From: an uncultured Actinomycetota bacterium
GTDB lineage: Bacteria; Actinomycetota; Actinomycetes; BP-191
DNA length: 64,000 nucleotides
Assembly: GCA_963765815.1 (NCBI GenBank)
Contig: CAVXXT010000008.1
Span: forward strand, 90,811-154,810
Direction of reading: 5' to 3'
Below are positions 10,337 to 19,822 of the stretch, one piece after another (position 1 is the stretch's first letter; every line of letters starts with the position of its first letter). The notes under the pieces are model-generated. The model did no database searches, had not been told where the DNA came from, and saw nothing but the letters and a program-made list of their open reading frames with translations. Position numbers and translations under genes: made by a program.

Positions 10337-11504
10337 GTGACGCCCGAGCTTCCAGCATGGGACGTCGTGGTCGTCGGCGCGGGACCGGCCGGCGCCGCCG
10401 CCGCCCGTGAGGCCGCCACCTTCGGCGCCCGGGTGCTCCTCCTCGACCGAGCCGCACCGCCCCGCTACAAGTGCTGCGGCGGAGGGCTGATCGGCCTCTC
10501 CCGCGCCCACGTCGGCATCGACGTCGAGCCGCTCGTCCGCGACTCGGCGTACCGGATGACCTTCACGAAGGACGGCCGCCAGCGCTACACCCGGCGCGCG
10601 CCGCGCGGCCGCGCGGTCTTCTCGATGGTCATGCGCGCCGACCTCGACAGCGCACTCGTCGACGCGGCGGTCGCGGCCGGCGCGCAGCTGCGCACCGGCG
10701 CCACGGTGACCGGGCTCCGGGAGACGGCTGACGCCGTCGTGCTGTCGTTCGCCGGCGGCGAGCCGGACGTCGTCGCGGGCGTCGTGATCGGTGCCGACGG
10801 CACCGGCGGGCGGACCGGCGGGTACGTCGGCGTCGACCTCGAGCAGGTCGACGTCGGGCTGGAAGGCGAGTTCCCGACGCCGCGCGACCTGGCGGCGTAC
10901 TGGTCCGGTCGGGTGCTCATCGACTGGGGGCCGGTGCCGGGGTCGTACGGCTGGGTGTTCCCGAAGGGTGACCTGCTCACCGTCGGCGTCATCGGCGCGC
11001 GCGACGACGGCGCGCGGATGCGCGACTACTACCGTGACTTCGTCGCGCGCCTCGGGCTCGGCGACGTGCCGGCGTCGACGTTCAGCGGTCACCTCACCCG
11101 GGTGCGCCGGCCGGACTCGCCGCTGCGTCGCGGGCCGCGTCCTCGTCGCCGGCGACGCGGCCGGGCTGCTCGAGCCGTGGACGCGCGAAGGCATCTCGTT
11201 CGCGCTGCGGTCCGGCCGCCTCGCCGGGCGGGCGGCGGCGGCGGCGAGGACCGGCGGTGTGGCCGCGCTGGCGGCGTACGAGGAGGCGGTGGAGCGCGAG
11301 CTCACTCCGGAGATGGCTGCTGGCCGCGTCTTCCTGCGCGCGTTCGGCCGCACCCGGCAGGTGTTCCACGGCTTCCTCGCGGTGGTGCCCGGCGGCTGGC
11401 GGCTCTTCGCGCGACTGGTCGCCGGCGAGACGACGCTGGCCCGCCAGCTGCAGAAGCGCCCCGTCCGCCTCGCCCTGCGCATCCTCGCCGGGACGAAGGT
11501 CTAA
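10337..11504 (+). pseudogene. Geranylgeranyl reductase-family FAD-dependent oxidoreductase, frameshifted
   Basis: N-terminal half in frame 2 (VVVVGAGPAGAAAAREAA...FSGHLTRVRRPDSPLRR). C-terminal half in frame 0 (GRVLVAGDAAGLLEPWTREGISFALRSG...). Removing one G from the GGG run at 11132-11134 restores PLRRGRVLVAGDAAG. Start GTG 10337 is tentative; ATG/GTG 10256 is also possible. Confidence 0.7.
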
Positions 11505-12700
11505 GCGGGGTCGCGGAGGACGGGGCAGCTCATGCAGCGCGGGCCACCGCGGCCGCTGCCGAGCTCACTGCCCGCGATGCGCACGACCTCGATGCCCGAC
11601 TCCTCGAGCCGCGCGTTGGTCTCGGTGTTGCGCTCGTAGGCGACGCAGAGCCGAGGCGCGATCGCGAGGGTGTTGTTGCCGTCGTCCCACTGCTCGCGCT
11701 CCGCGGTGACCGGGTCGAGTCCGGTGTCGATGACGCGCAGCGTGTCGATGCGCATCGCCTTCGCCGCCGCGACGAGGAACGGCTCGCGCGGTCCGACGAC
11801 GAGACCGCCGTCGCCGTCGCTGGTGACCGGTACGGCGACGAGGGAGTCGGCGACCGCGGGGTACATGACGACCGCGTCGACGTCGACCATCGTGCAGACG
11901 GTGTCGAGGTGCATGGTGGCCCGCTCCTGCGCGATCGGCACCGCGAGCACGGTGCTCACCGCTCCGCTCGCGAACGCGCGCAGTGCGAGAGCCTCCACGC
12001 CGGCCGGCGTGGTGCGCTGGCCGACGCCGACCGCGACGACGCCGGGCGCAAGGGCGAGGACGTCACCGCCCTCGAGCCATGCCTCGTTGCGACTGCCGCC
12101 GTACAGCAGGGGCGTGCCCGCGAAGCGCGGGTGGTGCCGGTAGATCGCGCCGGTCAGCGACGTCTCGCGCTGCCGCGCCCGCATCGACGGCCGGGTGACT
12201 GCGACCTGCTCGCCGATCCACACCGACGAGTCGCGGGTGAACAGCAGGTTGGGCAGCGGCGGGATGACGAAGTCGTGCCGGCCGAGCAGGCCGAAGACGA
12301 CTCCCTCACCACGGGGCAGCTCCTCGTGCGCCAGCCCGGAGATCAGCACGTCGGCGAGATCCTCCGACGACAGCCCGAGCAGGTGCTTGGCCAGCTGCGC
12401 GGCGAGGGCGGGGCCGATCTCCCAGGGCGGCAGCGCGCCGAGCACGACCTCGTGGCGCGCAGCCGGGTCGTCGAGCGTCTCCACCAGCAGGTCGCGGAGG
12501 TAGAGCACCTCGACCCCCCGTGTGCGCAGCGCGTCGGCGAACCCGTCGTGCTCCTCCTGCGCGCGGCCGACCCAGGGGATGCCGTCGAAGAGCAGGTCGG
12601 CGTTGTTGCGGGGGGTGAGCCGCTTGAGCTCGTTGCCCGGTCGGTGCAGCAGGACGGTGCGCAGTCGACCGACCTCGGTCGACACCCCCACGGCGCTCAT
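11501..12700 (-). CDS. arcA: Arginine deiminase
   Basis: 399 aa, ADI fold with near-C-terminal catalytic Cys ([13 protein letters not shown]). ATG 12700. Confidence 0.85.
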   Translation of the reverse strand: MSAVGVSTEVGRLRTVLLHRPGNELKRLTPRNNADLLFDGIPWVGRAQEEHDGFADALRTRGVEVLYLRDLLVETLDDPAARHEVVLGALPPWEIGPALAAQLAKHLLGLSSEDLADVLISGLAHEELPRGEGVVFGLLGRHDFVIPPLPNLLFTRDSSVWIGEQVAVTRPSMRARQRETSLTGAIYRHHPRFAGTPLLYGGSRNEAWLEGGDVLALAPGVVAVGVGQRTTPAGVEALALRAFASGAVSTVLAVPIAQERATMHLDTVCTMVDVDAVVMYPAVADSLVAVPVTSDGDGGLVVGPREPFLVAAAKAMRIDTLRVIDTGLDPVTAEREQWDDGNNTLAIAPRLCVAYERNTETNARLEESGIEVVRIAGSELGSGRGGPRCMSCPVLRDPA

Positions 12701-12716
12701 GTCCGCAGGGTATCGG

Positions 12717-13694
12717 TCAGGCCGCTACGCCTTCCGTGCTCGCGACGAGACCGGCCGTTGCGGCGCGAGTCGCGGTGCCCAGGTCCTCGCCGAGGCGGGC
12801 GAAGAACGCCGCGTTGACCCGCGACCGCCACAGCGCACCGCGCAGCACGCGCGACGCCAGCTCCGGCTGCGCCTCGGCGTACGGGACGATCGCGTTGTCC
12901 ATCCAGTCCTTGCCGTGCCGCGGGTCGACCTCGGCGTGCTCGGCGTAGAACGGGATCGCCGCCAGCGGCGAGTCGGTGCGCTCCAGGCCGGCGAGCACCT
13001 TGCGGCAGCGCGGGCCGGCCTGCAGCTCGATCAGGCCCAGCGCGCCGAGCATCTCCGGCTGCAGCCAGTGGTTGGTCGCGAGCAGGCCGCCGAGTGCGGA
13101 GCGCTCGAGAGACTCGTCCGGCTGCTCGGCGAGCGGGATGCGCGGCATGCCGACGGCGCGCACCAGGTTGTCGTGCAGTGCGGTGTGCACGGCGTCGAGC
13201 GCGCCGTTGCCCATCTCGTCCCAGTAGTTCTGCGCCAGCTCCAGCTTGGGTCGCCCGGACAGCCCGATCTGGCAGGCCGCGACCAGGTCGTCGAAGCCGC
13301 CGTCGGGCCCGCCCTCGAGGGCGAGGAAGTGCACCAGCTCGTCGTACGACGCCTCGCGGGCGACCCACTCGTAGACGCCGGGCAGCCGGTCCTTCGCCGC
13401 CAGCGCCCGCATCGCGGCGACGACGTCGTCGCCCAGCGCGCTCAGCTCGGTCGCGTCGGCGGCGTACAGCTCCTCGAGCCACTCGCTCTCGAGCCGCCAC
13501 TTCAGGTCGGCCAGCACCGGGTGCGCCGCGAGCCGCGCCTGGTCCGGCTGGCGGGCGACATCGCCGAGCAGCAGGTCGTAGAGGTGCAGCAGGGTGAGGA
13601 ACCGGTCACGCCGTCCGGCGGGCGCATCGCCGCGCAACGCGTCGACGTTGCCGGTCTGCAGCGCGAGGCCGAGGCGCTGAGAGAGGAGGTCCAT
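12717..13694 (-). CDS. Iron-containing redox enzyme family protein (heme-oxygenase-like diiron oxidase, HDO)
   Basis: About 325 aa. Helical protein with spaced E/H ligand candidates ([21 protein letters not shown]...). 16 bp upstream of arcA on the same strand. ATG 13694 with GAAGCAGG SD; the track start at 13700 is a TTG. Confidence 0.5.
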   Translation of the reverse strand: MDLLSQRLGLALQTGNVDALRGDAPAGRRDRFLTLLHLYDLLLGDVARQPDQARLAAHPVLADLKWRLESEWLEELYAADATELSALGDDVVAAMRALAAKDRLPGVYEWVAREASYDELVHFLALEGGPDGGFDDLVAACQIGLSGRPKLELAQNYWDEMGNGALDAVHTALHDNLVRAVGMPRIPLAEQPDESLERSALGGLLATNHWLQPEMLGALGLIELQAGPRCRKVLAGLERTDSPLAAIPFYAEHAEVDPRHGKDWMDNAIVPYAEAQPELASRVLRGALWRSRVNAAFFARLGEDLGTATRAATAGLVASTEGVAA

Positions 13695-13795
13695 GCTCAA
13701 CCTGCTTCCCTCAAACTCGCCCGGTCAACCGGCTGACTAGACCCCCCGCGGTGCCCTGCGGGGTCGAGTCAGCCGGTCAAGTAACCTGCCGCCTC

Positions 13796-14695
13796 ATGGG
13801 ACTCATGGACGGCAAGGTCGCGATCGTCACCGGCGCTGGACGTGGCATCGGCCGCGGCGAGGCGATGCTGCTCGCCGCTGAGGGCGCCAGCGTGGTGGTC
13901 AACGAGCTCGATCCTGACGTCGGCCAGTCGGTCGTCGACGAGATCCGCGCGGCCGGCGGCACCGCGGTGCTCGACACCGGCGACTGCTCGGAGATGGCGA
14001 CGGCCGAGCGGCTGGTGCACCACGCGATCGAGGAGTTCGGCACGCTCGACGCGCTGGTCAACAACGCCGGCATCCTGCGCGACCGCACCGTCGTGAAGAT
14101 GACGCCGGAGGAGTGGGACGCCGTCATCACGGTGCACCTGCGCGGCCACTACGCGCCGACGCACGTCGCCTGCGCGTGGTGGAAGGAGCAGGGCAAGCCG
14201 GGTCGCATCGTCTGCACAGCCAGCACCAGCGGGCTGCTCGGCAACTTCGGCCAGACCAACTACGGCGCGGCGAAGGCGGGCATCGCCGCGTTCTCGACGA
14301 TCGTCGCGCAGGAGATGGCGCGGTACGGCGTCACCTGCAACGCCATCGCGCCGGCCGCGCGGACCCGGATGACGGAGTCGGCGTACGGCGAGATCCCCGG
14401 CGGTGAGTCGACCGGCTTCGACTTCTGGCACCCGGACAACGTCGCGCCGATGGTCGTCTTCCTCTGCTCCGACGCGGCCGCGCACATCAGCGGCAAGGTC
14501 TTCGGCGTACAGGGCGACGCGGTCGAGCTCTACCGGCCGTTCACGTCCGTCGCGGTGGTCGACAACGGCGGCGCGACGTGGCAGCCGTCGGTGCTGGCCG
14601 GTCGCGTCGACGAGCTGTTCAGCGAGAGCGGCATCGTCCCGGGCGCCGAGAACATGATGGCCAAGCTCCGCTACACCATGACCGAGCGCTCCTAG
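13796..14695 (+). CDS. SDR-family oxidoreductase
   Basis: Rossmann TGAGRGIG motif, NNAG, and YGAAK catalytic motif. ATG 13796 (MGLMDGK). Confidence 0.85.
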   Translation: MGLMDGKVAIVTGAGRGIGRGEAMLLAAEGASVVVNELDPDVGQSVVDEIRAAGGTAVLDTGDCSEMATAERLVHHAIEEFGTLDALVNNAGILRDRTVVKMTPEEWDAVITVHLRGHYAPTHVACAWWKEQGKPGRIVCTASTSGLLGNFGQTNYGAAKAGIAAFSTIVAQEMARYGVTCNAIAPAARTRMTESAYGEIPGGESTGFDFWHPDNVAPMVVFLCSDAAAHISGKVFGVQGDAVELYRPFTSVAVVDNGGATWQPSVLAGRVDELFSESGIVPGAENMMAKLRYTMTERS

Positions 14696-14709
14696 CCCCC
14701 TTCTAACCG

Positions 14710-15657
14710 ATGATCTTGTGCTCGATCCACAGCCCAGCGCCTCAGCAACCTGATGATCTTGTGCTCGATCCACAGATCTGGGTGCCGCAACGGAGTTGAT
14801 GGCACCCCGCCCGCACGCTGGCTTGATGGATTCTCCCGGGCTCGTCGCGCGTCGCGTGAGGGTTGCTGAACTTTCCCGAGTGATCGACGCCTGCCGTTAC
14901 GTCGGCAACCCGTGCGCCCTCGCCGGGCTGACACTGGCGGTGCTCCGCGGCTGGGTCGACGCACCGATGCCCGTAGTGCCGCAGTTGGTCGCTCCGACGA
15001 CGAGGAAGCCCGTCTCGAAGGCGATCGCTGCCGTGCGTCGCATCGAGCACTGGGAGCAGCTGGCCGTCGAGCCCGGAGTCCTCGGCCTGCCGTGTCTCGG
15101 CGTACTCGACGGTCTGCTGACTCTTGCGCCGCATTGTGATGACGGGACCATGCACACCTTGATCCAGAGACTCGAATACGGCGGAGGGCTCGACGTCGTC
15201 GCCTGGACTCACCGCGCGAGGTCGAGGTGTTCAACGTTCTGCGCTTCCACGGCCTCGCACCAGATCACCTCAATGTCTTCGTCGAGACCCGTGATGGACA
15301 CAAGGTAGGCCCGTTCGACGGGTACGCCGAGTGCGGCGCGGCCTACGAGGTCGACGGCGTCGAGGTGCACACCGCTCCCGATCAGGTCGAGATCGACATG
15401 CGGAAGAACGAGCGGGCAGAGCGGCTCGACCTGCAGCTCGTTCGGTTCATGGGGATGGACATCACGAAACGTCAGCCGATGCTCGAGGCGTGGGCCGTGA
15501 CGCGCGAGGCCGCGCTCGGAGCTGACCTGCTAGGGCTGGAAGTTGTCCATCAACCCGGCGGAGATGTCCGTGCGGCCACGAGCCGGATGAGCCTGTGGAT
15601 TGAGCCCAAGATCATCAGGTTAGGGGCGAGCCCGGCTGTGGATTGAGCACAAGATCA
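14710..15657. mobile_element. Non-autonomous element bounded by duplicated IS30-type terminal inverted repeats (no transposase)
   Basis: ATGATCTTGTGCTCGATCCACAG at 14710-14732 and again at 14753-14775. CCTGTGGATTGAGCCCAAGATCATCA at 15592-15617 and CTGTGGATTGAGCACAAGATCA at 15636-15657. These are near-identical to the IRs of the IS30 copy at 23769-24955. Confidence 0.7.
14796..15646 (+). pseudogene. DUF559-type endonuclease-domain protein, frameshifted (inside the IR-bounded element)
   Basis: N-terminal part in ORF 14796..15308. C-terminal DUF559-like part (AAYEVDGVEVHTAPDQVEIDMRKNERAERLDLQLVRF) in ORF 15227..15646 in another frame. The frames switch near 15200-15235. Confidence 0.55.
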
Positions 15658-15683
15658 ACTTGTTCTGTGGTGGTCGTACGCGG

Positions 15684-17402
15684 TCAGCCGGCGGCGAGGG
15701 CGTCGACGGTCGCGACCGGCGCGGTCGTCGGGTCCGTGAGCGCGCTGCCGGCGACGCGCACGCGCAGCGTGTGCCGGCCGGGAGAGGCGTTGCCCTCCCA
15801 GAGCACCTGCCGCTGCTGGGTCGTGTCCGACCGCGGCGCGACGACAGCGGTGAGCACGCCGTCCATCCACACCTCGAGCTCGGCGACGTCGGGTCCGGTC
15901 GCGCCGATCACGGCGAAGCGCGTCCCGTCGGCGGTGGTCTCGACCGTCGCGCCCGGCCGTCGCGTCGTGTGCACGCTGCCCATCCACGAGCCGGCGACCG
16001 ACGACGACGCCCAGTTGGCGTCGAACGCGACATCGCTGTTGACGTTGTCTCGCGGTACGACGACCCGCTTGGCCGCCGACCACTCGCCGTAGTTGCCCGC
16101 CCGGTCGACGGCGCGCACCCGCAGGTCATGGCCGCCGGCGCCGCGCAGGGCGACCCGCGCCGCGAACGTCGACGGCGCGAGGCGCACCGGCTCGGTCCAC
16201 GCGCAGCCCTGACACACCGCGCGCGAGGAGATCTCCACCCGGTCTAGTCCCGCGCCGGGCGACGGGTCCGACGCCGCGAGCTGCACCGTCGCGGCCGGCT
16301 CGCCGCCGTCCTCGAGCGTGTAGATAGGCGAGGCGGTGATCGCGGCGGTTGGGCGGCCGAGCGGGTGCAGCTGCCAGGTCGAGGTCGCGACCGCGGACGG
16401 CAGCGGGCGGCCGCCGACGGCGAGCGTGAACGACTCCTGCACCGACCGGCTCGACGACACCGACGCTGCCTGCACCGGGAAGCTGACCCGCGCGACGCCA
16501 CCCGAGGGGACGGTCGCGCGCAGCGCGGTGGGCGTCGTCGCGGACGTCCACGTGCCGTCGGCCAGCGCGCTCTCGCGGCCGGCCGGCCAGGTCATGACCG
16601 ACACCGACGCCGGCGTCCACGCCGACCAGCCGAGATTGCGTACGACGTACGACGTGGTCGCTCGCTGCCCGCCCTCGAGGGTGCGCCCCGCGGTCGTCGC
16701 CGCGAACATCGGCAGGAGGTCGGCTCGGGTGACGCGACCGGTCGCACTGCCGATCGTCGAGGACCACCGTCCGTCGAGGTGGGCGACGTACCCGTGGCCT
16801 GACGTCGGCCGGTAGCCGCTGATCACGTTCTTCGGGTTGCTCACCGGGATCGGCGGGCTGTACGGCCGGATGCTCTCCGGCGGCGCTGCGATGTAGCGGA
16901 AGACCGAGTCGACGTAGCCCTCGGCGCGCGCGCCCGAGCCGTTGTAGCGGTAGGTCCCGCGGTACCAGTTCTCCAGCACGCGCTTGTCGTCGGCGCCGAG
17001 CCCGGCGGGGACGTTGGCGCTGGACTGCGACATCTTCGCGGCGAGGGCCTGCGCGCCGGCGTCGATGTTGTAGGCGTAGTCACGGCCGAGCCGCGCGTAG
17101 TCCCAGCTGCCGCCGGTGATCTGCATGATGCCGACGCCGCAGTCACCGCTGACCTTCGCCCGGCCGTCCGACCAGAACTGCTGCCAGCCGGACTCCTTCC
17201 ACGCGATCGCCTTGAGCAGCGAAGGCGGGACCTGGCGGCGCTGGGCGGCGGCGTCGATCGCCGCGCTGACCTGGGCGAAGCTCGGGTTGCGGCCGGTCTG
17301 CGCGCGCGCCGTGCTGCAGCCGCTGGCGAGAGCGGGCGAGACGGAGGTGGCGACCAGAGCGAGGGCGAGCGGGACACATGCGACGAGCCGGGGAAGGCGC
17401 AT
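15684..17402 (-). CDS. Secreted lytic transglycosylase (SLT domain) with C-terminal beta-rich domains
   Basis: Signal peptide. SLT motif AIAWKESGWQQF...GVGIMQI. 572 aa. Confidence 0.8.
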   Translation of the reverse strand: MRLPRLVACVPLALALVATSVSPALASGCSTARAQTGRNPSFAQVSAAIDAAAQRRQVPPSLLKAIAWKESGWQQFWSDGRAKVSGDCGVGIMQITGGSWDYARLGRDYAYNIDAGAQALAAKMSQSSANVPAGLGADDKRVLENWYRGTYRYNGSGARAEGYVDSVFRYIAAPPESIRPYSPPIPVSNPKNVISGYRPTSGHGYVAHLDGRWSSTIGSATGRVTRADLLPMFAATTAGRTLEGGQRATTSYVVRNLGWSAWTPASVSVMTWPAGRESALADGTWTSATTPTALRATVPSGGVARVSFPVQAASVSSSRSVQESFTLAVGGRPLPSAVATSTWQLHPLGRPTAAITASPIYTLEDGGEPAATVQLAASDPSPGAGLDRVEISSRAVCQGCAWTEPVRLAPSTFAARVALRGAGGHDLRVRAVDRAGNYGEWSAAKRVVVPRDNVNSDVAFDANWASSSVAGSWMGSVHTTRRPGATVETTADGTRFAVIGATGPDVAELEVWMDGVLTAVVAPRSDTTQQRQVLWEGNASPGRHTLRVRVAGSALTDPTTAPVATVDALAAG

Positions 17403-17481
17403 GGGTCCCGGTCTTCTGGACGGAAATCGTTCATCCCTCCGAACTACATCTCTGTAATTCGGACTTCCGTTGTCAGCAGAC

Positions 17482-18627
17482 TCAGCGCTGGCCGAACTCG
17501 CCCGGCTTGGGCGCCCCGACGCCGTCGGGACGCTCCGGCGTGCGGTTCGGCGGCGGGATCACCGAGATCGGCGTGGCGTCCATCCGCGACCGCTCACCGG
17601 TCCACTGCCCGGGTACGGCGGCCGTGCGGTCGGCCAGGGCGTAGGCGATCGACTCGTAGTTGACCCGCCAGCCGCGGAAGTGCGGCCACGCCTCCTCCGG
17701 CGTCCGCTCCATCGGGAAGCTCTGCATCGCCATCCGCCGGATGCCCTGCAGGTACTCCTCGTAGGTCAGCTGGATCGGCCCGTCGGGCAACGGGTCCGGG
17801 TCGAACTCGAGCCCGAGCGCCTCGGCGATGTCGCGCATGCAGGTGAAGCCCATGCGCAGCGACAGCCGGGTGGCTGACGGGGCGGTCGACGGGCAGAGCG
17901 CGAGGTAGAGCGCGGCGGAGTCCATCACCGCGATCAGCGCGACCACCCACGACCGCAGCGCCTTCGGCGAGCGGAAGCTCACGAGGATCGGGTAGTTGGT
18001 GTGCGACTCGGCGACGTCGGCCGCCCACGCCTCCCACTGCGCGTAGAGCAGCGGCAGGTTGTCGATGCTGTTGACCAGCGCGTGGCGCGTCAGCAGCTCC
18101 GGCCCCCAGGCCGGTACGCCGGCCCGTGACTCCAGCGTGGTGACCAGCACCTCGCGCCGGTTGAAGGCGGCGTACAGCGTCGGCAGGTAGGCGATCTGCA
18201 GCGCGACGATGACCAGGCCGACGGCGGCGGCGACGACGTCGACAGCCGTGGCGCCGGCCGTCGAAGTCGTCGCGAAGCCGAGGGTGAACAGCGATGACGC
18301 CGCCTCGCGCATCCCCGCGCCGATGGTGACGTCCTCCAGGCCGTAGAGCAGCAGCCCGAAGCCGACGACGAGCAGCACCAGCCAGGTCGCGAGCAGCCCG
18401 AGCAGGACGGTCGGCGCCTCGGTCGCGAGGATGCGGTCCTTCGCCTCGTACTCCGGCACCCGGTCGACGACGAATTGGTAGCCGCGGTGGACGACCCGCT
18501 CCACCCGCGCGGTCAGCCGCGACGCGAACCCGCGCGGGATGACCAGCGTCCGCACGACGCTGGTCAGGGTCGCGAGGACCGTGAGCAGGCCGACCGTCGA
18601 GGCCGCGATGCCGAGCGCGATCGTCAC
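17482..18627 (-). CDS. Polytopic membrane protein of unknown function (downstream of larC)
   Basis: 381 aa, several TM helices, cytoplasmic C-terminal domain. 10 bp after the larC stop. Confidence 0.55.
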   Translation of the reverse strand: MTIALGIAASTVGLLTVLATLTSVVRTLVIPRGFASRLTARVERVVHRGYQFVVDRVPEYEAKDRILATEAPTVLLGLLATWLVLLVVGFGLLLYGLEDVTIGAGMREAASSLFTLGFATTSTAGATAVDVVAAAVGLVIVALQIAYLPTLYAAFNRREVLVTTLESRAGVPAWGPELLTRHALVNSIDNLPLLYAQWEAWAADVAESHTNYPILVSFRSPKALRSWVVALIAVMDSAALYLALCPSTAPSATRLSLRMGFTCMRDIAEALGLEFDPDPLPDGPIQLTYEEYLQGIRRMAMQSFPMERTPEEAWPHFRGWRVNYESIAYALADRTAAVPGQWTGERSRMDATPISVIPPPNRTPERPDGVGAPKPGEFGQR

Positions 18628-18637
18628 GGGGCCGGCC

Positions 18638-19822
18638 TCATCGGGCGGTCGCCTGGTGGGCCGCCGCCGCGGCCTCGGCGAGCACAGCCTTCACCGGCCG
18701 TCCCGCCGCCGCCGCTGCGGCCGCGACGTCGTCGAACTCGGGCGACGCGTTGACGACCCGCCCGTCGAGACGCGCGACCTTCACCCGCACCGCCGAGCCG
18801 TCGGAGAGCGTCACCGAGATCAGCTCGCGGTCGAGTGCGCGCTTGGTGACCGTGTGCTCGCGTACGCCGATCGTCGACGTCTCCTCGAACAGCACGGATC
18901 GCACCGCACCCAGGTCGACCGGATCGCACATCGCCGACACCGTCACGGCCGGCCGGCCCTTCTTCATGTGCATCGGCGTCAGCCAGGCGTCCACCGCGCC
19001 GGCCGTCAGCAGGGCGGCGATCACGCCCGGCCACAGCCGCGGGTCGAGGTCGTCGACGTTGGCCTCGACGACCACCGCGTCGCTGCCGGTGCTGGGCAGC
19101 GCGGCCGACTCGCCGATCACCAGCCGCAGGACGTTCGGCACCTCGTCGATGTCGCGCGATCCCGCGCCGAGCCCGGTGCACTCGACGGTGAGCGGCGGCA
19201 GGTCGCCCCAGGACGACACCACGCCGGTGAGGATCGCTGCGCCCGTCGGGGTGCACAGCTCGTACGGCACGCCGCCGGAGTAGATCGGTGCGCCCTTCAG
19301 CAGCTCGAGCACGGCTGGCGTCGGCACCGGCAGCATGCCGTGCTCGCTGCGCGTCATGCCCATGCCGGTCGCGACCGGCGATGCCGTGATGCGCTCGAGA
19401 CCCAGGTGGTGCAGCCCGGTCGCCGCGCCGACGATGTCGGCGATCGCGTCGAGGCCGCCGATCTCGTGGAAGTGCACGAGGTCAACGGTGGTGCGATGCA
19501 CCGCGGCCTCGGCGAGCGCGAGCCGCTCGAACACGTCGAGTGCGGTGCTGCGGACGGGGCCGGGGATGTCCGCCGACTCGAGCAGGTCGCGCACGTGGGG
19601 CCAGGTGCGCACGACGGTCGAGCGCTCGACGGCCACGTCGACCTTGGTCGCGCCGAGGCCATGCCGGGTGGTCGGCTGCGCGGTGAGAGTCACCCGCTCG
19701 ATCGGCAGCCCGTCGAGCACCTCCTGCAGATGCGCCAGCGGTACGCCGGCGTCGACGAGGGCGCCGAGCACCATGTCGCCCGACGCGCCGCTGGAGCAGT
19801 GGAACCACCCGATGCGCGTCAC
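18638..19822 (-). CDS. larC: Nickel-pincer cofactor biosynthesis protein LarC (DUF111 nickel insertase)
   Basis: 394 aa from GTG 19822 (VTRIGWFHCSSGASGDM). The remainder of the 867-aa track ORF is read-through artefact. Confidence 0.8.
   Translation of the reverse strand: MTRIGWFHCSSGASGDMVLGALVDAGVPLAHLQEVLDGLPIERVTLTAQPTTRHGLGATKVDVAVERSTVVRTWPHVRDLLESADIPGPVRSTALDVFERLALAEAAVHRTTVDLVHFHEIGGLDAIADIVGAATGLHHLGLERITASPVATGMGMTRSEHGMLPVPTPAVLELLKGAPIYSGGVPYELCTPTGAAILTGVVSSWGDLPPLTVECTGLGAGSRDIDEVPNVLRLVIGESAALPSTGSDAVVVEANVDDLDPRLWPGVIAALLTAGAVDAWLTPMHMKKGRPAVTVSAMCDPVDLGAVRSVLFEETSTIGVREHTVTKRALDRELISVTLSDGSAVRVKVARLDGRVVNASPEFDDVAAAAAAAGRPVKAVLAEAAAAAHQATAR

Noticed and set aside
17403-17481. 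AT-richer 80-bp gap with an ACGGAA...TTCCGT inverted repeat between the membrane-protein and SLT genes
   Set aside because: Arms are short (6 bp) with a 27-nt loop. It is plausible as a promoter or UTR of the SLT gene but not specific enough to call.
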